NCBI GenBank assembly: GCA_949291375.1
Contig: CASEVI010000003.1
Span: 14,224 to 78,223 of the forward strand
Source of the DNA: an uncultured bacterium
Lineage (GTDB): Bacteria; Bacillota_I; Bacilli_A; RFN20; CAG-826
DNA length: 64,000 nt
Direction: 5' to 3'
Both the position numbers and the translations under genes were made by a program. Positions 60,579-64,000 of this stretch are shown piece by piece. The notes under the pieces are model-generated. The model ran no database searches. It was not told the origin of the DNA and worked only from the letters and a program-made list of their open reading frames with translations. Positions within the stretch are counted from its first letter, which is position 1. Each line of letters opens with the position of its first letter.

Positions 60579-61229
60579 TTAAATCCCAAACAATTTATCG
60601 ACTAATTCAGGTAATTCTTCTAAATTTGTTATCTTATTTACCTTTTCATCAATTCGACCAAAACCATAAGATGCATGAACAAAAATCTGTCCTGCTTTTT
60701 TAGTTTCATTAAAATCTTTTAATGTATCACCAACATAAATAACTTTATCTAGTTTATATTTTTCTTTCATTATTAAAATATTTTGCCACTTTGGTTTATT
60801 AGTATCTCCTGCACAAAGATGGTCAATAAAATATTTATTCATATTCAAAGAATCTAAATAATTTTCAATATATCCTTTATCACTATTTGAAACAATAAAT
60901 AGAGGGTATTTATCTTTCAATTTATTTAAAATCTCTTCCTCGTTTGGATAAAGTTTTCCTGGATTATCTTTTAAATAATTAATTTCTTCATTTAATGCTA
61001 TTTTAAAATAAGATAGACCTTTAGAAAAATCTACATCCTCAAAAGCTAGTGGTATGGTTTCTTCTGGAGTTAAACCCATATAAGATTTAGTTTTTTCATA
61101 AGAAAAACGATATTTTAAAGATTTTTTCTCCATCGCAATATTCCGTGCATCCATAATTTGTTTTATGGCATCCCATAAAGTACCATCTAAATCAAATATA
61201 ATGCCATTTTTACTTATTAATTTTTCCAT
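60579..61229 (-). CDS. HAD-family hydrolase
   Basis: FDLDGTLWD, IVSN, YVGDT..D. Confidence 0.92.
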   Translation of the reverse strand: MEKLISKNGIIFDLDGTLWDAIKQIMDARNIAMEKKSLKYRFSYEKTKSYMGLTPEETIPLAFEDVDFSKGLSYFKIALNEEINYLKDNPGKLYPNEEEILNKLKDKYPLFIVSNSDKGYIENYLDSLNMNKYFIDHLCAGDTNKPKWQNILIMKEKYKLDKVIYVGDTLKDFNETKKAGQIFVHASYGFGRIDEKVNKITNLEELPELVDKLFGI

Positions 61230-61302
61230 AAATACAAAAGTATTATATCATTGAAGAGGAGATAAAATAAGAAAATAATTGTTAAGACTTTAATAATTTT
61301 TA

Positions 61303-62598
61303 ATGAACAATTTAAAATTAACTTCTATAATTGTAAATATGGATTTAAATAAAATTTACGAAGATATTTTAATAAGTGAACTCATTGTAGCAAGAGGTTG
61401 TACAGAACCAATCGCTCTTGCATTAGCTGGCGCAAAAATTTTTGAAGCTTTAAATGTTATACCAGAGAAAATAAGAGCCTATATTAGTGGAAATATTATA
61501 AAAAATGTTCAAGGAGTAATAATCCCAAAAACTAATAATAAAAAAGGTCCAATTCCAGCTATTTTAGCCGGTTTAATTGTTGGTTCTACTAAAAATCAGT
61601 TAGATATTCTAAATGATTTTAAAAACGAAGATTTAGGAATATTAAATAAATTAATACAAGATAATATTGTTTCTATCAATTTGGCTAAATCATGTAAAAA
61701 TCTTTATATTAAACTAATAGCAACATATAAAGATCAAACCGCAACTATAATAATTGAAGATTTTCATAACAACTTTACATATGTTGAATTAAATGGAAAA
61801 GTCTTATTTTCAAAAAAAGATGCAATCAAAAGAAAAAAAGAAAAATATAATTTTTTAAACATTGAAGATATATATAGTTTTGCTTTAAATAATAATTTAG
61901 AAAGAATAAGACCTTACTTAAAACGACAAATTGATTATAACTATGCCATTGCAAAAGAAGGAATCGCTAATAATTATGGCTCTGAAATAGGGAAAATTAT
62001 TCTAAATCACTCAAAATCTTCTTTAAAAGAAAAAGCTAAAGCATTTACAAGTGCTGCGAGTGATGCAAGAATGAGTGGATGTAATTTGCCTGTTGTCATT
62101 ATTTCTGGAAGTGGAAATCAAGGAATCACTACTTCTGTCCCTTTAGTTGTCTATGCAGAAGAATTAAATATTGATGAAGATACTCTTTTAAGAGGGTTAG
62201 TTCTTTCAGACCTTGTTGCTTTAGAAGAAAAGAAAGATATAGGGAGATTATCAGCTTTTTGTGGGGCAATCAGCGCAGGAATTGCAGCAAGTAGTGGAAT
62301 TGCCTTTATGTTAGATCATTCTTTAGATGCGATTTCACATACAATAATAAATGGTTTAGCTTTAGCAAGTGGAATTATTTGTGATGGTGCAAAAGCAAGT
62401 TGTGCTGGTAAAATTGCATTAGCACTTGAAAGCGGAATTCTTGGCTATGAAATGTATAAAAATAATTCCAATATTAATTCAGGGGATGGAATTATTAAAG
62501 AAAACTGCGATACAACAATTCAAAGTGTTGGTCGCCTAGCTAAAAAAGGTATGAAACAAACCGATAAAGAAATTTTGTCCATTATGATTGAAAAATAA
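61303..62598 (+). CDS. YhaM/CdsB-like cysteine desulfidase (serine dehydratase alpha-like)
   Basis: GCTEP, SDARMSGC, SGSGNQG, LSAFCG, CDGAKASCA. Confidence 0.9.
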   Translation: MNNLKLTSIIVNMDLNKIYEDILISELIVARGCTEPIALALAGAKIFEALNVIPEKIRAYISGNIIKNVQGVIIPKTNNKKGPIPAILAGLIVGSTKNQLDILNDFKNEDLGILNKLIQDNIVSINLAKSCKNLYIKLIATYKDQTATIIIEDFHNNFTYVELNGKVLFSKKDAIKRKKEKYNFLNIEDIYSFALNNNLERIRPYLKRQIDYNYAIAKEGIANNYGSEIGKIILNHSKSSLKEKAKAFTSAASDARMSGCNLPVVIISGSGNQGITTSVPLVVYAEELNIDEDTLLRGLVLSDLVALEEKKDIGRLSAFCGAISAGIAASSGIAFMLDHSLDAISHTIINGLALASGIICDGAKASCAGKIALALESGILGYEMYKNNSNINSGDGIIKENCDTTIQSVGRLAKKGMKQTDKEILSIMIEK

Positions 62599-62647
62599 AA
62601 AAGAGAGAAGAAAATTAGCACATCTCTCTTTTTTATTTATATATACT

Positions 62648-62732
62648 TGGTGGACAGGATGAGAGTCGAACTCACAAGAATTTCTTCATAGGATTCTGAG
62701 ACCTAAGCGTTTACCAATTTCGCCACCTGTCC
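62648..62732 (-). tRNA. tRNA-Leu (anticodon CAG)
   Basis: GGACAGG acceptor, loop CT-CAG-AA, long variable arm, A73, CCA. Confidence 0.88.
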
Positions 62733-62736
62733 CTTA

Positions 62737-63678
62737 TTAAAATATATCATTATTTTGGTCTTTATGAGAATAAGGATTAATATGTACGCTTACGCCTTTA
62801 ACTTCATTATTGTTACTAATAATCGTATCTTTAATATTTTCTGCGATATCATGAGCTTCTTTTAAAGAAAGATTATCATCTACACTAACTTCTACTTCCA
62901 AAAATATACGATTGGATGCAATTCTACTTCTAAATAAATCAATATGTAATACTCCATTAACCGATAAAATCTCATTTTTTATTTTTTCATTCAATTCTTT
63001 AGAACAAGCTTTATCTAATAAGGAAGCACTATTATCAATAAAAATTCTACATCCACCAGTTAAAATAATTATTGCGATAATAATTGAAACGATTGGATCA
63101 ATAATTCTAAGTTCAACATTTGTTTGATTAAAATATAAAATTACTAAAGCTACACATGTTATAAAAGTGCCAATAGAATCAAGAAAATGATCTAAACTTT
63201 GTGCTTTTAATAAAGGAGATTTAGTTTTTTTATAACCAAAAAATACTGCAATGCCTAAAAATAGTTTAATTAAGATTGCAACAATAGAAATGATTAATGC
63301 ATAAATTAAATTTTTAGATAATTCCTCCTTATAATCGCCGTTAATCATTGACATTACTGCATCATAAATTAATAAAACACCTGATAAAATAATAAAAATT
63401 GAAAATAACAATGTAATAAAATTTTCAATTTTTTCATGACCAAATTGATGGTCTTTATCTGCTTTTTTGCTAGCTTTTTTATTAGCGATTGTACTAACTA
63501 AAGAAGTCAAACAATCACCAAGTGAATCAACACCATCACTTAATAATGCACTAGAAGAAGCAAATATTCCTCCAAATAGTTTTATTATTGTTAATAAAAC
63601 ATTTAAAATGAGTTGAACGACTGTAAAATTACCGACTTTCTTGTAATATTCCTCACTAAAATCACTACCCTTTTCCAT
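62737..63678 (-). CDS. Cation diffusion facilitator transporter
   Basis: SALLSDGVDSLGD, ADKDHQFGHEK, EAHDIA, VHINP. Confidence 0.92.
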   Translation of the reverse strand: MEKGSDFSEEYYKKVGNFTVVQLILNVLLTIIKLFGGIFASSSALLSDGVDSLGDCLTSLVSTIANKKASKKADKDHQFGHEKIENFITLLFSIFIILSGVLLIYDAVMSMINGDYKEELSKNLIYALIISIVAILIKLFLGIAVFFGYKKTKSPLLKAQSLDHFLDSIGTFITCVALVILYFNQTNVELRIIDPIVSIIIAIIILTGGCRIFIDNSASLLDKACSKELNEKIKNEILSVNGVLHIDLFRSRIASNRIFLEVEVSVDDNLSLKEAHDIAENIKDTIISNNNEVKGVSVHINPYSHKDQNNDIF

Positions 63679-63747
63679 AATGCTAACAATTATATACTTC
63701 TAAAAAATGTATGGATACTATTTTTTTAATAAATATATAATGTAAAT

Positions 63748-64000
63748 ATGGAAGAAAATATAATTAAACTAACAAAAGCATTAAAAGAAGCCAGCAAAAT
63801 AGTATTTTTTGGAGGGGCTGGTGTTTCAACTGAAAGTGGAATTAAAGATTTTAGAAGTAAAGATGGTCTTTATAATTTAAAAAGTAAATATGGGGTAAAT
63901 TATGAAACAATTCTTTCACATAGTTATTATGAATATAATAAAGACATCTTTTTTAAGTTTTATCGTGAATTTATGATAAATAACGAAGCAAAACCTAATT
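63748..64000 (+). CDS. Sir2/CobB NAD-dependent deacylase (partial)
   Basis: IVFFGGAGVSTESGIKDFRSKDGLY; runs off the window. Confidence 0.92.
   Translation, partial: MEENIIKLTKALKEASKIVFFGGAGVSTESGIKDFRSKDGLYNLKSKYGVNYETILSHSYYEYNKDIFFKFYREFMINNEAKPN

Noticed and set aside
1875-63127. Antisense or shadow ORFs in the track (e.g. 1875-2210, 3474-3746, 11567-11818, 12806-13174, 22349-23692, 47532-47894, 55106-55399, 62912-63127)
   Set aside because: They lie opposite well-supported genes, lack SDs and have the composition typical of reverse-frame artefacts.

Overview
Positions 1 to about 44,500 are most of a temperate, podovirus-like prophage. It contains a giant virion protein, a tail/adhesin module, capsid, portal and terminase genes, an anti-defence module, a RecT/YqaJ replication module, cro/cI and a tyrosine integrase. 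It sits in a very AT-rich Bacilli/Mollicutes-like chromosome (about 44,500-64,000: gmk, tdk, lemA, pepO, hsp20 with CIRCE, an ABC pair, two tRNAs, a sirtuin). Main discovery: the late operon encodes a tRNA with an initiator (fMet-type) acceptor stem (C1:A72, G2:C71, C3:G70, A73) but anticodon CGU. At least four late genes (major capsid, tail nozzle, a membrane protein, tail fibre) have a strong Shine-Dalgarno followed 7-8 nt later by an in-frame ACG, with an in-frame stop just upstream. This suggests a phage-encoded orthogonal translation-initiation system that uses ACG as the start codon. Other findings: (i) seven small related tail-associated genes that appear switchable by poly-G tracts and (TA)n promoter spacers; (ii) a small gene nested out of frame inside the giant virion gene; (iii) two tandem type I toxin-antitoxin-like units; (iv) a non-canonical late promoter motif; (v) one codon hinting at CGG=Trp in the host. 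All calls come from reading the sequence by eye; no database searches were run.
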